This document shows positions 12,791 to 27,805 of a stretch of DNA of 64,000 nucleotides, piece by piece (the stretch's first letter is position 1; the number at the start of each line of letters is the position of its first letter). A program made the translations under genes and the position numbers. The notes beneath the pieces were generated by a model, which was not told the origin of the DNA, did no database searches, and worked only from the letters and a program-made list of their open reading frames with translations. Where the stretch lies: the NCBI RefSeq assembly GCF_001194135.2, contig NC_069000.1, forward strand, positions 39,574,936-39,638,935. Direction: 5' to 3'. The DNA is from Octopus bimaculoides. Lineage: Eukaryota.

Positions 12791-13132
12791 ATTCCACAAA
12801 AGTTTTGCCATCACTGCTGCACTCTCCCGTATCACCTGTTTCCACATAACTGTAATATATATATATATATACAAATTGTGCCGTTTTAATCCCGAGCAAC
12901 GCCGGGCATCTTTGCTAGTATACATACACATATATATATATATTCACACACACACACGCACATATATTTATACATATCCATAGTTATATATAAATATCTG
13001 TATACATTTGCACATATATACATATATATATATGTGTGTGTGTGTGTGTATATATATATATACATATATCTATATATACATATACATATATACATTTATA
13101 TATATATCCATATATATATGTATATATATATG

Positions 13133-13182
<50 letters not shown>

Positions 13183-13192
13183 NNNNNNNNNN

Positions 13193-13237
<45 letters not shown>

Positions 13238-13739
13238 GAGAGAGAGAGAGAAAGAAAGAATGAGATGCGTAATTACACATACAAATATAGATATATTCAT
13301 ACGTACATGCATAAACTCTGACGCATACACATACACACAAATACACACACACACCTATACACGCACCCACAAACATTCACAATGATGTAATAGATCAATT
13401 TAATGGACGAGGTAACTAATGGAGAGTGTATGGAATATATATGTTCAATGAAATTATCTGTTACTAGTGAGCGATTTAAGATTTTGGTGATATGCGATGT
13501 GTCAAAATTTGACATGGATACATGATACACCTATAAAACATCAAAACAAATATGTCTACGTAAACAGAAGCATAAACGTATTCCTGATCCCCATATATTT
13601 GCACATAAAGATACTCTTATAAAGTTATACTTACAGAATGATATATATCAAATAACATACATACAAATACAGGTAACAATCTATACAGATAAGAATCTAT
13701 ACAAAACAATATTTTGCTCACAAACGTATATTATTATAT

Positions 13740-13848
<109 letters not shown>

Positions 13849-13994
13849 CACACATATGAGACTGAATGAGAGAGAGATAGAGAGAGCGAAAGAAAGAGGA
13901 TGGTAAGTGCACGTGCGAATTGAGTTTGAATGAAAACTAATTTTCACTATTAGGACATTCAATGAATTTTTATATTCTTGCAGAATCCTGCATT

Positions 13995-14042
<48 letters not shown>

Positions 14043-14514
14043 CGTTTGTGCCTGTATGCGTTGATACTTTGCATGTTGTGAATTCCCGTGGACGTGTGTG
14101 CATGTGGACGTGTGTGCATGTGCATATATGTGTATACACACGTGATTTTTACTTTCTAAATTGTGCTATGTATATATATATATATATATATGTTCACGGG
14201 TGTTTGTTTGTCTTTTACTATCTCAATGTTGCTTCTACTCTATATTCAGATTTACTATTAGTGCGCATATGAGCTGGTCCATTAGGATTCAACGTTTACT
14301 TTTTTCAATCACTGAACTGCGACAAAACTGGGATATATCCTAGAAGAAGAGTTCGGTTGAAAGTTGTCCTCTCTTTTGTAAAACTGCTAATTTATGTAGA
14401 CGCAAACAAGCAAGCGGCAGCAGTAAATTGGAGACGGAGGTCAAGGATATCCCAAACACAAAGACACAAAATCACACATATACATACTCTTCTGCACGCA
14501 CGCATAAACACACA

Positions 14515-14564
<50 letters not shown>

Positions 14565-15374
14565 NNNNNNNNNNNNNNNNNNNNNNNNNNNNNNNNNNNN
14601 NNNNNNNNNNNNNNNNNNNNNNNNNNNNNNNNNNNNNNNNNNNNNNNNNNNNNNNNNNNNNNNNNNNNNNNNNNNNNNNNNNNNNNNNNNNNNNNNNNNN
14701 NNNNNNNNNNNNNNNNNNNNNNNNNNNNNNNNNNNNNNNNNNNNNNNNNNNNNNNNNNNNNNNNNNNNNNNNNNNNNNNNNNNNNNNNNNNNNNNNNNNN
14801 NNNNNNNNNNNNNNNNNNNNNNNNNNNNNNNNNNNNNNNNNNNNNNNNNNNNNNNNNNNNNNNNNNNNNNNNNNNNNNNNNNNNNNNNNNNNNNNNNNNN
14901 NNNNNNNNNNNNNNNNNNNNNNNNNNNNNNNNNNNNNNNNNNNNNNNNNNNNNNNNNNNNNNNNNNNNNNNNNNNNNNNNNNNNNNNNNNNNNNNNNNNN
15001 NNNNNNNNNNNNNNNNNNNNNNNNNNNNNNNNNNNNNNNNNNNNNNNNNNNNNNNNNNNNNNNNNNNNNNNNNNNNNNNNNNNNNNNNNNNNNNNNNNNN
15101 NNNNNNNNNNNNNNNNNNNNNNNNNNNNNNNNNNNNNNNNNNNNNNNNNNNNNNNNNNNNNNNNNNNNNNNNNNNNNNNNNNNNNNNNNNNNNNNNNNNN
15201 NNNNNNNNNNNNNNNNNNNNNNNNNNNNNNNNNNNNNNNNNNNNNNNNNNNNNNNNNNNNNNNNNNNNNNNNNNNNNNNNNNNNNNNNNNNNNNNNNNNN
15301 NNNNNNNNNNNNNNNNNNNNNNNNNNNNNNNNNNNNNNNNNNNNNNNNNNNNNNNNNNNNNNNNNNNNNNNNNN

Positions 15375-15415
<41 letters not shown>

Positions 15416-15531
15416 TACACACATACATAGAAATACACACACTCCTACACATACATATACATACATACACAGATATATACACTTACACATACATATATAC
15501 CTACATATAGACTCCCATATATACATATTAA

Positions 15532-15808
15532 GGTATCTGCCAGCTTCCAAATGGCTATTTCTGTACGCTATATATATTTTTTGAAGGTCTCGGCACTTCA
15601 AGCTTGCTGGAGTTAGGTCGTTTTCGGCCTTGTTCCCTTAATATAAGTATATACATATGTATATTATTATTAATTTAATGTGTAAATTACCTAGAAATCT
15701 TTATAGCATGCTGACTACCTGATAAAAATCAGTAACGTAATTTTTATCCTTATATTCAATACATATACATAGCGTTCAGGAGTAGGCATTTGGAATCTGG
15801 CAGATACC
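15532..15808. mobile_element. MITE with 40-bp terminal inverted repeats, flanked by TTAA / TTAG
   Basis: Left TIR 15532-15571 GGTATCTGCCAGCTTCCAAATGGCTATTTCTGTACGCTAT versus right TIR 15769-15808, 35/40 identical; no coding capacity. Confidence 0.75.
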
Positions 15809-16504
15809 TTAGTAGTCTAGGGTTCCGGCTAACGACATCGTGTCATAGAAAAATATAAAAGTGTTCATGATAAACGATTTCATGGTAATTTGCGTAATAA
15901 TTAAATACTGAGTTCACTTCATTTGATTTTCAGAGAATACAGAGTATTTATTCAATACATCATAGAAACAATAAAGATTTACATATCTTCAAAATTTGTT
16001 TATAAAAGTATTATTCTCAACGAATTCATTGATGTGAATTTCATAAGTATATACTCTATTGAAGTAGTTTTGAAGGTGTATAATTCTCCAGTCTTCTTTA
16101 TGACACACACTCACACTCACACGCACACGCGCACGCACATAAACGCACAGATATATATANNNNNNNNNNNNNNNNNNNNNNNNNNNNNNNNNNNNNNNNN
16201 NNNNNNNNNNNNNNNNNNNNNNNNNNNNNNNNNNNNNNNNNNNNNNNNNNNNNNNNNNNNNNNNNNNNNNNNNNNNNNNNNNNNNNNNNNNNNNNNNNNN
16301 NNNNNNNNNNNNNNNNNNNNNNNNNNNNNNNNNNNNNNNNNNNNNNNNNNNNNNNNNNNNNNNNNNNNNNNNNNNNNNNNNNNNNNNNNNNNNNNNNNNN
16401 NNNNNNNNNNNNNNNNNNNNNNNNNNNNNNNNNNNNNNNNNNNNNNNNNNNNNNNNNNNNNNNNNNNNNNNNNNNNNNNNNNNNNNNTATATATATATAT
16501 ATAT

Positions 16505-16705
16505 GCGTGTCTGTGTGTGTTTTGTGTTTGCTTCCCACTCTCGCTTGACAACCAGTGTTCGGCAAAATACAGTCCGATAGAACAAGTACCAGGTTTTAAA
16601 AAAGATTACTGCAGTCAACTAGTTCGATTTAAAGAAAAAAAAAATTTTCACAGCCATGTCCCAGCACGGCTGCGGTCAAATTTCTGAAGCAAGCAAAAAA
16701 TAAGA
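16505..16705 (+). mobile_element. Degenerate OR/CORE-like SINE 3' module
   Basis: CGCTTGACAACC...CCCAGCACGGCTGCGGTCAAATTTCTGAAGCAAGCAAAA. Confidence 0.6.
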
Positions 16706-19700
16706 GATTTTTGACTATATTCAAAATGATACGTTGGGTTCTGTTCATAACTGCAGCAGTTATTTTTCTGAATGGCAGCGTCTTTAAACGCATATTCTCG
16801 ATTGGTTGCAGTAACTTGTTTTTATATGAAATGAAGTGAATACACATATCATCCAGCACGTGAAGACATTACCAAAGAATGCAAAACTTATTCGAATGAT
16901 AAAAATTAGCTGGTTGCGAATTGAGTATTAGATGTTGATATTTATAAATGACAACGCCAAAATGATATCAAATAAAATTATACATCAGTTATGCTTCAAT
17001 AGAAAACGTGTTCAAAGAAGAAATCAAAAGTAACATTTTTATCCAATCGTTATTTTAGAAACGATAATTGATGTTTCTACAGAATTCGAAATACTTCAAT
17101 TGTATTCAGCCCAACACGGTTCATTGGCAACGTATTTCTTCATTGTTAGAAGAACAAGTGAATCAGAAATATAAAACAGTAGGATGCTCGGAAGAAAGGC
17201 TTTTAAACTGAAACCGCCATATTGATTCAAGAAGGTTTTATTAACATGAATTTTATTATTAGTTTTGTTGTTTTTGATATTGACGAAAATAATGGAAGAA
17301 GTATTTCCATTAAAATATTAATAATGTATTTATTTATTAACAATACAAAGCTTCCAGAATGGTTTATGCTTATGTCTTTACAGAAATTCTCAATGTATTG
17401 TTTAGAGGAAGCCCCCACCTCTGACCCACAGAAACAAATCAAATATCGAAGGAAAATTTTTGGTTCGATTATGATTTCGAATCAATTGGATATGTCGATC
17501 AGGATGTATTACAATAGGTCAGACGGGGGGGGGAGCGGGAAAAGGTAGATTTCCGGTTCAAATGCAATGATATATCAATAGGAATCCTTACGCGTTCTAC
17601 GAATAGGTCTGATTATGACTGACTATGCATTTCGAGATCGATAATCTATATGTTATGGTTGAATTAGGAAATACAAATGGAAGACGCGTGGCTTAGTTGG
17701 TAAGTTATTCGGCCCNNNNNNNNNNNNNNNNNNNNNNNNNNNNNNNNNNNNNNNNNNNNNNNNNNNNNNNNNNNNNNNNNNNNNNNNNNNNNNNNNNNNN
17801 NNNNNNNNNNNNNNNNNNNNNNNNNNNNNNNNNNNNNNNNNNNNNNNNNNNNNNNNNNNNNNNNNNNNNNNNNNNNNNNNNNNNNNNNNNNNNNNNNNNN
17901 NNNNNNNNNNNNNNNNNNNNNNNNNNNNNNNNNNNNNNNNNNNNNNNNNNNNNNNNNNNNNNNNNNNNNNNNNNNNNNNNNNNNNNNNNNNNNNNNNNNN
18001 NNNNNNNNNNNNNNNNNNNNNNNNNNNNNNNNNNNNNNNNNNNNNNNNNNNNNNNNNNNNNNNNNNNNNNNNNNNNNNNNNNNNNNNNNNNNNNNNNNNN
18101 NNNNNNNNNNNNNNNNNNNNNNNNNNNNNNNNNNNNNNNNNNNNNNNNNNNNNNNNNNNNNNNNNNNNNNNNNNNNNNNNNNNNNNNNNNNNNNNNNNNN
18201 NNNNNNNNNNNNNNNNNNNNNNNNNNNNNNNNNNNNNNNNNNNNNNNNNNNNNNNNNNNNNNNNNNNNNNNNNNNNNNNNNNNNNNNNNNNNNNNNNNNN
18301 NNNNNNNNNNNNNNNNNNNNNNNNNNNNNNNNNNNNNNNNNNNNNNNNNNNNNNNNNNNNNNNNNNNNNNNNNNNNNNNNNNNNNNNNNNNNNNNNNNNN
18401 NNNNNNNNNNNNNNNNNNNNNNNNNNNNNNNNNNNNNNNNNNNNNNNNNNNNNNNNNNNNNNNNNNNNNNNNNNNNNNNNNNNNNNNNNNNNNNNNNNNN
18501 NNNNNNNNNNNNNNNNNNNNNNNNNNNNNNNNNNNNNNNNNNNNNNNNNNNNNNNNNNNNNNNNNACGATGTATGAAGGTTCTGCAATTTCTTGCCGAAC
18601 AATCACACAAATTATTTCTTTATATTGATCATGTTTGTGTAGGCATTTCTCTTTGTAGCTTTATAAACACGCTTTTTAATCATCCTTTAAAAGGAACTGA
18701 TCATAATTTCGGAAACTAGTTTTATTGACTTTTAATGTTTGATGTTCAATACATGGAAATACGACGAAAGCATAAATTACGAAGGTATATAAAAGGAGAA
18801 TGCAAAATAAAGTTTGAACGTGTAGAATGAGAAAAACAAATTACAATGTTAAAGGAAATTTTCTTTTAGTAATCTCCTATTTTATGACATGCTAATCAGA
18901 AACTATAATCGAAGGAATATTGAAAATAGATTTACCTCGGGGAGATCATTGCCCAGAAAATTGGACAGGAATTTTTTGACGTAACACGAAATATTAAACA
19001 GCATACGATTCTTCAGGAAGAAAAATACAAGGAGAAATAAAACGAAATATACGTAGCAGCATGCTTCCCTTCAGATACTCTACACTAGGAAAATCATATA
19101 CAATGTATCCCTCTTAATATAAATGGGAATTCACTTGAAGAACATTATTTGCCTCAAGCAAATATTTTGCGTTGGGCAATTTATGAGCGATGTCATTGGT
19201 TGAAATTTGCTGCATTTTAATCGACAAGAGAGCAAAGATAAAACAAAACAGAGAAGACCCTGTTTTAGCATGTGAATTTTAAATATTTTCATTAGGAAAA
19301 TGCAAAGGACTTAACGAAAAGAAACTGCACAATGAAAGGTCTATAATGGGTTGAATAAGATACAGCATTTAATGAAAATGTTGTAATTTCGCAGAAAGGC
19401 ACCCATCCCTATCTGAAATATGTAAATCTTAACATAAAATCTGTCAGCATGGATTGGGAATTTATTTGCGTGAGGTTGATTAGGGTATAATAGAAAGAAA
19501 GTGTATACAGATTTATAAAGATTGGAAGATATATGAGAAAAAGTAAATTTTCTCTCTCATACTGGATTTAGCGGTGGTCTGGGTGCATGTTACATTGAGG
19601 GACTTAAACATTTTTATTTTATTTTATTCTTTTAGTCCCCATATGAGGTGTGCCATCTATTTATTTTTCACACACGAGGAATACCTAAGACTAGAATTGG

Positions 19701-19820
19701 TAGCATACCATAAAGAATGCTACCGGCTATTTTGGAATTCTAAGGGTGAACGAGCTCTATTTGTACTCTTATGTGTTCTTAACAGAACACAATTCAACTA
19801 TATACATACATATATATATT

Positions 19821-19881
<61 letters not shown>

Positions 19882-20359
19882 NNNNNNNNNNNNNNNNNNN
19901 NNNNNNNNNNNNNNNNNNNNNNNNNNNNNNNNNNNNNNNNNNNNNNNNNNNNNNNNNNNNNNNNNNNNNNNNNNNNNNNNNNNNNNNNNNNNNNNNNNNN
20001 NNNNNNNNNNNNNNNNNNNNNNNNNNNNNNNNNNNNNNNNNNNNNNNNNNNNNNNNNNNNNNNNNNNNNNNNNNNNNNNNNNNNNNNNNNNNNNNNNNNN
20101 NNNNNNNNNNNNNNNNNNNNNNNNNNNNNNNNNNNNNNNNNNNNNNNNNNNNNNNNNNNNNNNNNNNNNNNNNNNNNNNNNNNNNNNNNNNNNNNNNNNN
20201 NNNNNNNNNNNNNNNNNNNNNNNNNNNNNNNNNNNNNNNNNNNNNNNNNNNNNNNNNNNNNNNNNNNNNNNNNNNNNNNNNNNNNNNNNNNNNNNNNNNN
20301 NNNNNNNNNNNNNNNNNNNNNNNNNNNNNNNNNNNNNNNNNNNNNNNNNNNNNNNNNNN

Positions 20360-20395
<36 letters not shown>

Positions 20396-21967
20396 GCCTA
20401 TCTCCTTTCTCTTACTCTATCTATCTCTCCGCGTCTCTTTCTCTTCTGTTTTTCTCTTTATCTCATTCTCTTACTTCGAATTGGTATTTCTTGCATTGAA
20501 AATGTCAGCCATATATCTTACTAAAACCAATAACATTCTATTTCTTGCCACTCCGTCTCTCATTTATTTCATTTAACAATTTTCTCACTGGACTGGTTGT
20601 AAGTAGTTGTCGTGAAAAGAACGCTGCTATGTTACTTAATACGAGGAAAACTTTTAATATATATCATTTACAGAGCAATTGTATTTCGTTAGTAACGTGA
20701 GCCGAAACAGGTTGTCACGTTTCGTATTAATTGGTGAATTCACTATAATCTGATTGGATAATATGTCAGACTATCTGCCGAAGGTTTTTATTCTAAATAG
20801 GTAATACCTTATATCTATGACGAAGACATTTATATATTTGTGGCTCAGACCAGTTAATTTTGACTAGGAATACTCTTAGATATACAACAATGCACTGGAA
20901 ATATGTAGTACATATATATATTTTACAATTTGAATAGGCGGTGTGTTTATAATCCTCAACATAACATTAGCAGTAAAAGAGTAGATATTTATAATCGAAA
21001 ACGGAAAGAGCATCGGACACGCATTAATCCAAATGCTTAATTATAGACTGGAGTGGATCATATAATTGACACGTGTTTCATTAATTCGTTCGAAAGACTC
21101 CCAAGACTGTGAACCAGAATTCTAGCGTTGAGAGTGCATTCCTATTAAACTAGGTCCTAATCACTCAATCCTATGACCAACTCGACATGTGGCGTGTGAC
21201 ACACCGTGTATGCTTACAGGCAATGTTGAAATAATGCACGGAGAGTGAGATAATGTAGAGCACAAATATTTGAACACTATAAGCAAATCATCTTTGCAAC
21301 TTGGTTAGCAAGAAATTGCAGAACAGTCCTTCATGAATTTTCACGATAGAGACCACCGTTACTATATAATTACTGGCGAAGAATGACAAGCTGCCCAGGT
21401 AGAAATGTTTTGATGCGTTATTTCAATAGTTAACGTGATTGAAGGAACGTACATTGAAGATGATCAATTCTGTTATGTTTAAACGTGGTCAGCATTGTTT
21501 TTCCTTTTTATATTTTTATTTTTCAGGTGGTCTCATTAATAAAACTAGCGTTGTTGTTTATTTATTTATTTATTTATTTGACTCAGGAATACTTGTTTAC
21601 TACACGTCTATCTATTTACTCCGCAGGCATCGAACGCATATCTAATCAACCAAATAATATATCGAATTATTTAAAGAGTAGAGTCACCATGTACCAAAGA
21701 AACACGCGACAAGCACCAAAGGACGAAATAAAATGCAGCAGAGTTTTCTTAATAACAGTAACTCGCATGCGAAGATGAGATTGTAAGAAGTTATTACTTA
21801 GCGTGTTTGTGCTGTGTATGGTGAAATAAATGAGAGATATAGTTTCGCCCTCGACGTAATGCACACTTGCAATTGCGAACACATTATGATTGGGACGATG
21901 TTGAATAGTATTTCTATAGAGTAAAGGAGATTCACTTACAACCACGTGAATCCGCATTTCATCTCAC

Positions 21968-21998
<31 letters not shown>

Positions 21999-22275
21999 GG
22001 GGGGTGTATCTATGTGTATATATATATATGTGTGTGTATGTATATATATATATATGTGCATATATGTGTATATATATNNNNNNNNNNNNNNNNNNNNNNN
22101 NNNNNNNNNNNNNNNNNNNNNNNNNNNNNNNNNNNNNNNNNNNNNNNNNNNNNNNNNNNNNNNNNNNNNNNNNNNNNNNNNNNNNNNNNNNNNNNNNNNN
22201 NNNNNNNNNNNNNNNNNNNNNNNNNNNNNNNTATATATATATAAGGTATATATAGATATATAGATAGAGAAATAT

Positions 22276-22306
<31 letters not shown>

Positions 22307-22325
22307 CAAACAGACAGACAGAAAA

Positions 22326-22358
<33 letters not shown>

Positions 22359-22844
22359 TATAGGTATAATCATTGCACTTGGATATTTAATCTCTATGAA
22401 TTCCCACTTACAGGCAATTGAACAATACACCTTTCTATGATCCGTCCTTTGTCGCAGACCCTTACAACTATGGCGATCAGTTACATCTAACTCTTTAACA
22501 AGTAGGTGCGAAACGATCTCATCAACAAATCTACCATTCCTGCAAGACAGCTGATGCTAGGCGCTTTACATCATAAATGCGTGCAAATGATGTACGCGTC
22601 CATATAATTTACAAATTGACTAACTATATATAAGCTGTCAGCCATTCATTGCTCTACCACACTATTAGCCGACAGATTGTGCTCCAATAATCTATAATTA
22701 CAACAAAAATTTAATACCAAAAATAAATTATTGGATAAACACGGTGGTCCTTGATTTTTTAATCTTTATCACATACTTATTATCGATCTGTGACGTTGCT
22801 TATGACTTTTTTTCCTACACTTTCAACTCTTTCGAACGTCTTAT

Positions 22845-23044
22845 CATCATCATCAGCATCATCATCATCATCATCATTATTATCGTCGTTGTCGTCATTA
22901 TTGTTATTATTATTTTCATCGTCATTATTATTAGTAGTAGTATTACTATTGTTATTTTATTATTAGTAGTAGTATTACTATTTTTATCTTATTATTATTA
23001 TTATTATTATCATCATCATCACCATTATTATTATTAGTATTATA

Positions 23045-23080
<36 letters not shown>

Positions 23081-23274
23081 GTTGTTGTTGTTGTTGTTGT
23101 TGCTGTTGTTGTTGTTTTGGTTGTTGTTGCTGTTGCTGTTGTTGTTATGTCTTTATTGATTCATTTCATATATGACAAAAAATCCTATATCATTCGCCAT
23201 GATGCTATGTCCAAATGTCTTGTTCATATAATTTATTATTATTATTATTACCGTTGTTACTGTTGTTGTTTCTG

Positions 23275-23306
<32 letters not shown>

Positions 23307-23330
23307 TTTGTTGTTGTTGTCATTGTTATT
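22845..23330. repeat. Compound trinucleotide microsatellite (ATC, ATT, AGT, GTT, GCT)
   Basis: Direct read; explains the poly-I/Y/V/C ORFs. Confidence 0.9.
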
Positions 23331-23432
23331 GTTTCTATTGAGGTAGATATTGCTATCGATATTAGTGCTGGTTTTGATTTTCATATATTGCCGTTGTCGA
23401 GAGATTTAAAATAACACAGGGCAAATTTTAAA

Positions 23433-23463
<31 letters not shown>

Positions 23464-23669
23464 AAAGGCGATAAATAAATAAATCTGTTTTCAATTTGTT
23501 CTCAGAAATACTAAAATGAGGAACGATGGCTTATAGTTTAACAATAGCTATAAAATCCACATCAACATTGCATACATACATACATACATACATACATACA
23601 CACATATGCGTATATACGAGAGTATGTGTACATATTTACATACATTCATATTTATTCGCATATACGTGT

Positions 23670-23767
<98 letters not shown>

Positions 23768-24079
23768 CGAGTATTAATGTGGCTTTGTAAAAAAAAGGAA
23801 TTGCTCTTGACAGGGATATCTCGCAGTCTATAATGAGCACTCAATTTATTAGGATGTGAAGATAAATATGTCGATGTTGGTCCCGCAGAGATTTCTGCCT
23901 TGGGAACTCATAATACAATTATTAATTGCATTTGTAAATGAAGGGAGATACTGAAACGATCGTATGCGTTATGTAATCGACAACTATGTAAATAAATTGA
24001 TTTTGCTGTATTGAAATTCTCCATTTGCTTTATATTATAATACTACTACTTCAACTGCTGCTACTACTACTACTACTAC

Positions 24080-24250
24080 CCAGGTTCGAAATTTCCCCCC
24101 AAGACACCTGATGAAGGCTGGAGCATATATGAGCCGAAACGTTGTGTTAACAACAATCAAACACCACTACTCTCACATTTAGGAATGAGAAACCAGGTTA
24201 GAATGTCCTCATCTTGTTTGTCGAATGTAAAGAATGTAAATAATAATATA
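24080..24250 (+). mobile_element. Rearranged headless copy of the hammerhead-tailed element
   Basis: CCCAGGTTCGAAATTTCCCCCCAAGACACCTGATGAAGGCTG...AGCCGAAACGTTGTGTT after (CTA)n; followed by a repeated upstream segment and an inverted tail segment. Confidence 0.8.
24103..24148 (+). ncRNA. Minimal hammerhead ribozyme motif (intact core)
   Basis: GACAC-CTGATGA-A-GGCT..AGCC-GAAAC-GTT-GTGTT. Confidence 0.7.
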
Positions 24251-25043
24251 TATNNNNNNNNNNNNNNNNNNNNNNNNNNNNNNNNNNNNNNNNNNNNNNN
24301 NNNNNNNTATATATATATGTATATATGCGTACATACACGTTGGCTCATCCGTACATATATGCATATATTTGTTGGTGTAAATATGTAGAACTGGTATCAT
24401 GCTAAAGAAATTATTGTTTTCGCGCTAGAGCATAAATGTTGCTTCTATATGGGCAGATAAGGTTCGTAAAACTAGTTGCGTGTAGGCAGAACGTTTAGAT
24501 TTGATATCAGGGTAGGTTACTTATAGCTAGACTATTTAGGTATGCATAAACATAGGAATTCATAATTTGTTGTTGCTACACTTTTTTTCCGTGCTCAAAA
24601 TTCTTTTCAGCATAAATTCTATTCTACTGCGCAGAAATATTATTGACTGAAGAAAAAATAACATTAATAAAATATTAGAATATTACATAATAGTGTATAA
24701 AAATAATATCTGTATGTATTAATATAATAAACGCAAATTATTTTACACATGGACACACAGTGTGATGATATGTGTGATAAAATTCACAGAGCATTCATCT
24801 TGTGACAGTTGCGAATTTTATCCGTTCATTAAAAAGCCACCCATCAGCCATAAAGATAGCAAAATCCTTCTACTGTCTCAATTCTTCGAAAATGTCTAAA
24901 CTTTTTCCTTATGTCTAATCTTACAGATTACAAAACTATTATCATGCAATATGCATTAAAATGGAAAACTTCTAACCAAAATGTAGGAAGAATATTCAGC
25001 TGAATTTAATAAAATTGCGAAATTATAAATAGTAAAATTTGTG

Positions 25044-25370
25044 AAGGCGTATGGCTCACTGGTTAAAGTGTTCGGCTAACAAACATGAGGTAGTTGAGTT
25101 CGATTTCCGGACCGGGTTGTGTGTTGTGTTCTTGAGCGAAACACTGCATTTCACGTTGCTCCATTTCACTCAGCTGTAGAAATGAGTCGCAACATCACTG
25201 ATATGAAGCTGTATCGGCGTTTTCTTTTCCTTTGAATAACATCTGTCTTGTGGAGATGGAGGGTGGTATGCATGGGTGACTTCTCTCTTCCATAAACAAC
25301 CTTTCCCGGACTTGTGTCTCGAGGGTAACTTTTTAGATACAATCTCATGGTCATTCATAACCGAAGTGTG
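25044..25370 (+). mobile_element. tRNA-headed SINE, near full length
   Basis: A box TGGCTCACTGG, B box GAGTTCGATTTCC, central GTTGTGTTCTTGAGCGAAACACTGCATTTCACGTTGCTCCATTTCACTCAGCTGTAGAAATGAGT. Confidence 0.8.
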
Positions 25371-26850
25371 TTTGTATCCTTTATCCTACGTACACATAAT
25401 GGTATGGAGAGGAGAGGTTAGTATGCATAAGCAACTTTGCTTGGACTTGTGCTTACCATGTGGTTGGTAAGCAAGCTACTTACCACACAGTCACTCCTCA
25501 TGGCCATTCATGAGCATTCATGGTCATTCATTACCTTTTACCCTTTAAATTGTAAAATCAATAGCTGTGTTAATTGCCATGTGTCTTCTTTGCGTGTGAT
25601 ACCATTCACCAAAATGTGTAAGTGAACCATTGCCAAAACGCTCCAAGAATTTGTTTCCCAAACTAAAATTTTAATACGATTCAAAATTTTTGTAAACAAG
25701 GCCAAATCGCCCTCACAATAGTAAGCTGCTTCGATATTAAACCTACAATATATGCGTTCTAATAGTTGCGTAAATAATATATCATGAAGAATGTGGTTTA
25801 TGTTCGTCTAATTAAAATACATTTAAAGAGAATTTTCTATCTCATAAAGTTCTGATAAAGTGACTTGAATACACAACTTATCTGCGGCTAGAATAAACAA
25901 TACTCCGACGTCAAGTACGTAAAGTCCATGAATTTATATAACCCGTCAAACACAGGAAAATATTTCTTCTCATCCTTACATAAATAACATGCAATCTTAA
26001 ACCAACATCGTTATCAAACCATTTTCTTTTTTCATCATTAGCAACATTAACCAGTTATTGCGACCTCTGATCAGACTAAATTATTTTAAGAAATATATAA
26101 GTGTAATTGATTTATTAAAAAATGTAACCGTTTTCTCTTCCTCACAATGGACACTTAGACTTTTGTATTGAAATTAGATTAATCCGGTAAAGCTAATTTC
26201 TCTTGAGACAAATAGGTATTCGATTTTTTTTTTTTTTTTTTTTTTTTGATGAGGTGTAAGAATACTAGAAACTAATCATGGAACCCGTATGTTTGTGCTT
26301 GGGAAGGATGCGAAAGCCGTGGTGTAAACATTTAGATGTTATTCGCACTGAAATGAACATTTCAACGGAGAAACGGAAAAAGATAAATTTCCTTTCCGTA
26401 AGAATGTAAAAAAAGAACTCTTCCACATTATACAGTATCAACAATATCTTCTTTACGATCAGTATGCGTCATTCTACAGGATTAACTTGTTGTGTTAATA
26501 TATCGTGTTAATATATCTGTTTCAGTGACGAAAGGAAAGAAACGAGAGTTATGCTTCCAGAAAAAGATTCTCGCGACATATGTATGCATTTGGAAACTTT
26601 AAAAAGACAGCTCATTATTTCACTATCCAAAGGCAACTGAACTTCAAAGTACGACAATATTGAAAATTACAAGATTAGATTTTCCCTCTACATTGTGTGT
26701 TCAACGTCGGAGAATTATGATATGTTTCTGACCAATTAGAAAACATGATTAGTTTGACTTTGCCATACCTTTGAAAATGTTTATATGTTTCTCAAATATT
26801 TATTTATCAACAATAAAATCGTCATAAAAAGGTTTTGTTCTAATACTCGT

Positions 26851-26898
<48 letters not shown>

Positions 26899-27805
26899 TT
26901 ATACATGGTACAGATGAAATGAAAATATCACGTGGTGTCGTCCTAGAAGAAACGCAACCACATGATTATAACATAGTTAAGAACAGAGAAATATGTAACA
27001 CATATTCTATTTTTTCTTTTTTCATAATTATATGAAATATCTATGCACTGAAAACCAAGTATAGTCGTTCGTATTACTCGCTACTTGCATTCATATTTTG
27101 TCATTCTTCGTTTTTTCTACAGCTTTCTTGAGCAAAAGGAAATCTGAACCACGTAGTTAAAATGCGACACGCTGCTTGTCATTTCACACGTATGCGTGTG
27201 TATGTGTGTGTGTGCTTACGCGCGTGTTTATGTCTGTGTGTTTGCGTGTGGGACGTGTGGCTCTACGTATGAATATATGTAGATGATGGAATTACATGTA
27301 GATTGGCTATTTTTGCCAAGCAATCTTTCAGATTTCATGGACATTCTTTAATTTCAGAAAACATCCGAACTGCGTCAATATAATATTTTACTCTAAATTC
27401 AACAGCATTATACCAAACATTAAAATTAATCCTTTTATTGCGGTGATTTGGCAGAATTGTTAGCCCTCCGGACAAAATGCTTAGAAGTGATTCTTCCGTT
27501 TTTACAACGGAGTTCAAATTTCCTCGAGGTCAACTTTGACTTTTATCCTTTCGAGCCTGATTAAATAACTACCAGTGGAGCACTGTGGTCGAAGTAAACG
27601 ACTTAAAACCCTCAACCGCCTCGAAATAGAAGACCTTGTGCCAACATTTGAACCCAATATTAAATCCTGTTTTAAAATTTTTAATTAACTGAGCTCGTTT
27701 CAAATCAATAAAGTGAATTAGATTTCATTAGACTGCTGAACATTTATATTTAAACTACGATTCATTACCAATTTCGTTCACTTCAAAAATTTAAATAGAG
27801 AATTA

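Noticed and set aside
16726-16839. 37-codon ORF with CAAAATG context and signal-peptide-like start (MIRWVLFITAAVIFLNGS)
   Set aside because: Very short, no convincing splice donor, adjacent to a SINE; expected by chance in AT-rich DNA. RNA-seq would settle it.
26914-26994. Possible 81-nt exon after a long poly-T (EMKISRGVVLEETQPHDYNIVKNREI)
   Set aside because: Weak donor (TAT|GTAACA) and no recognisable homology.
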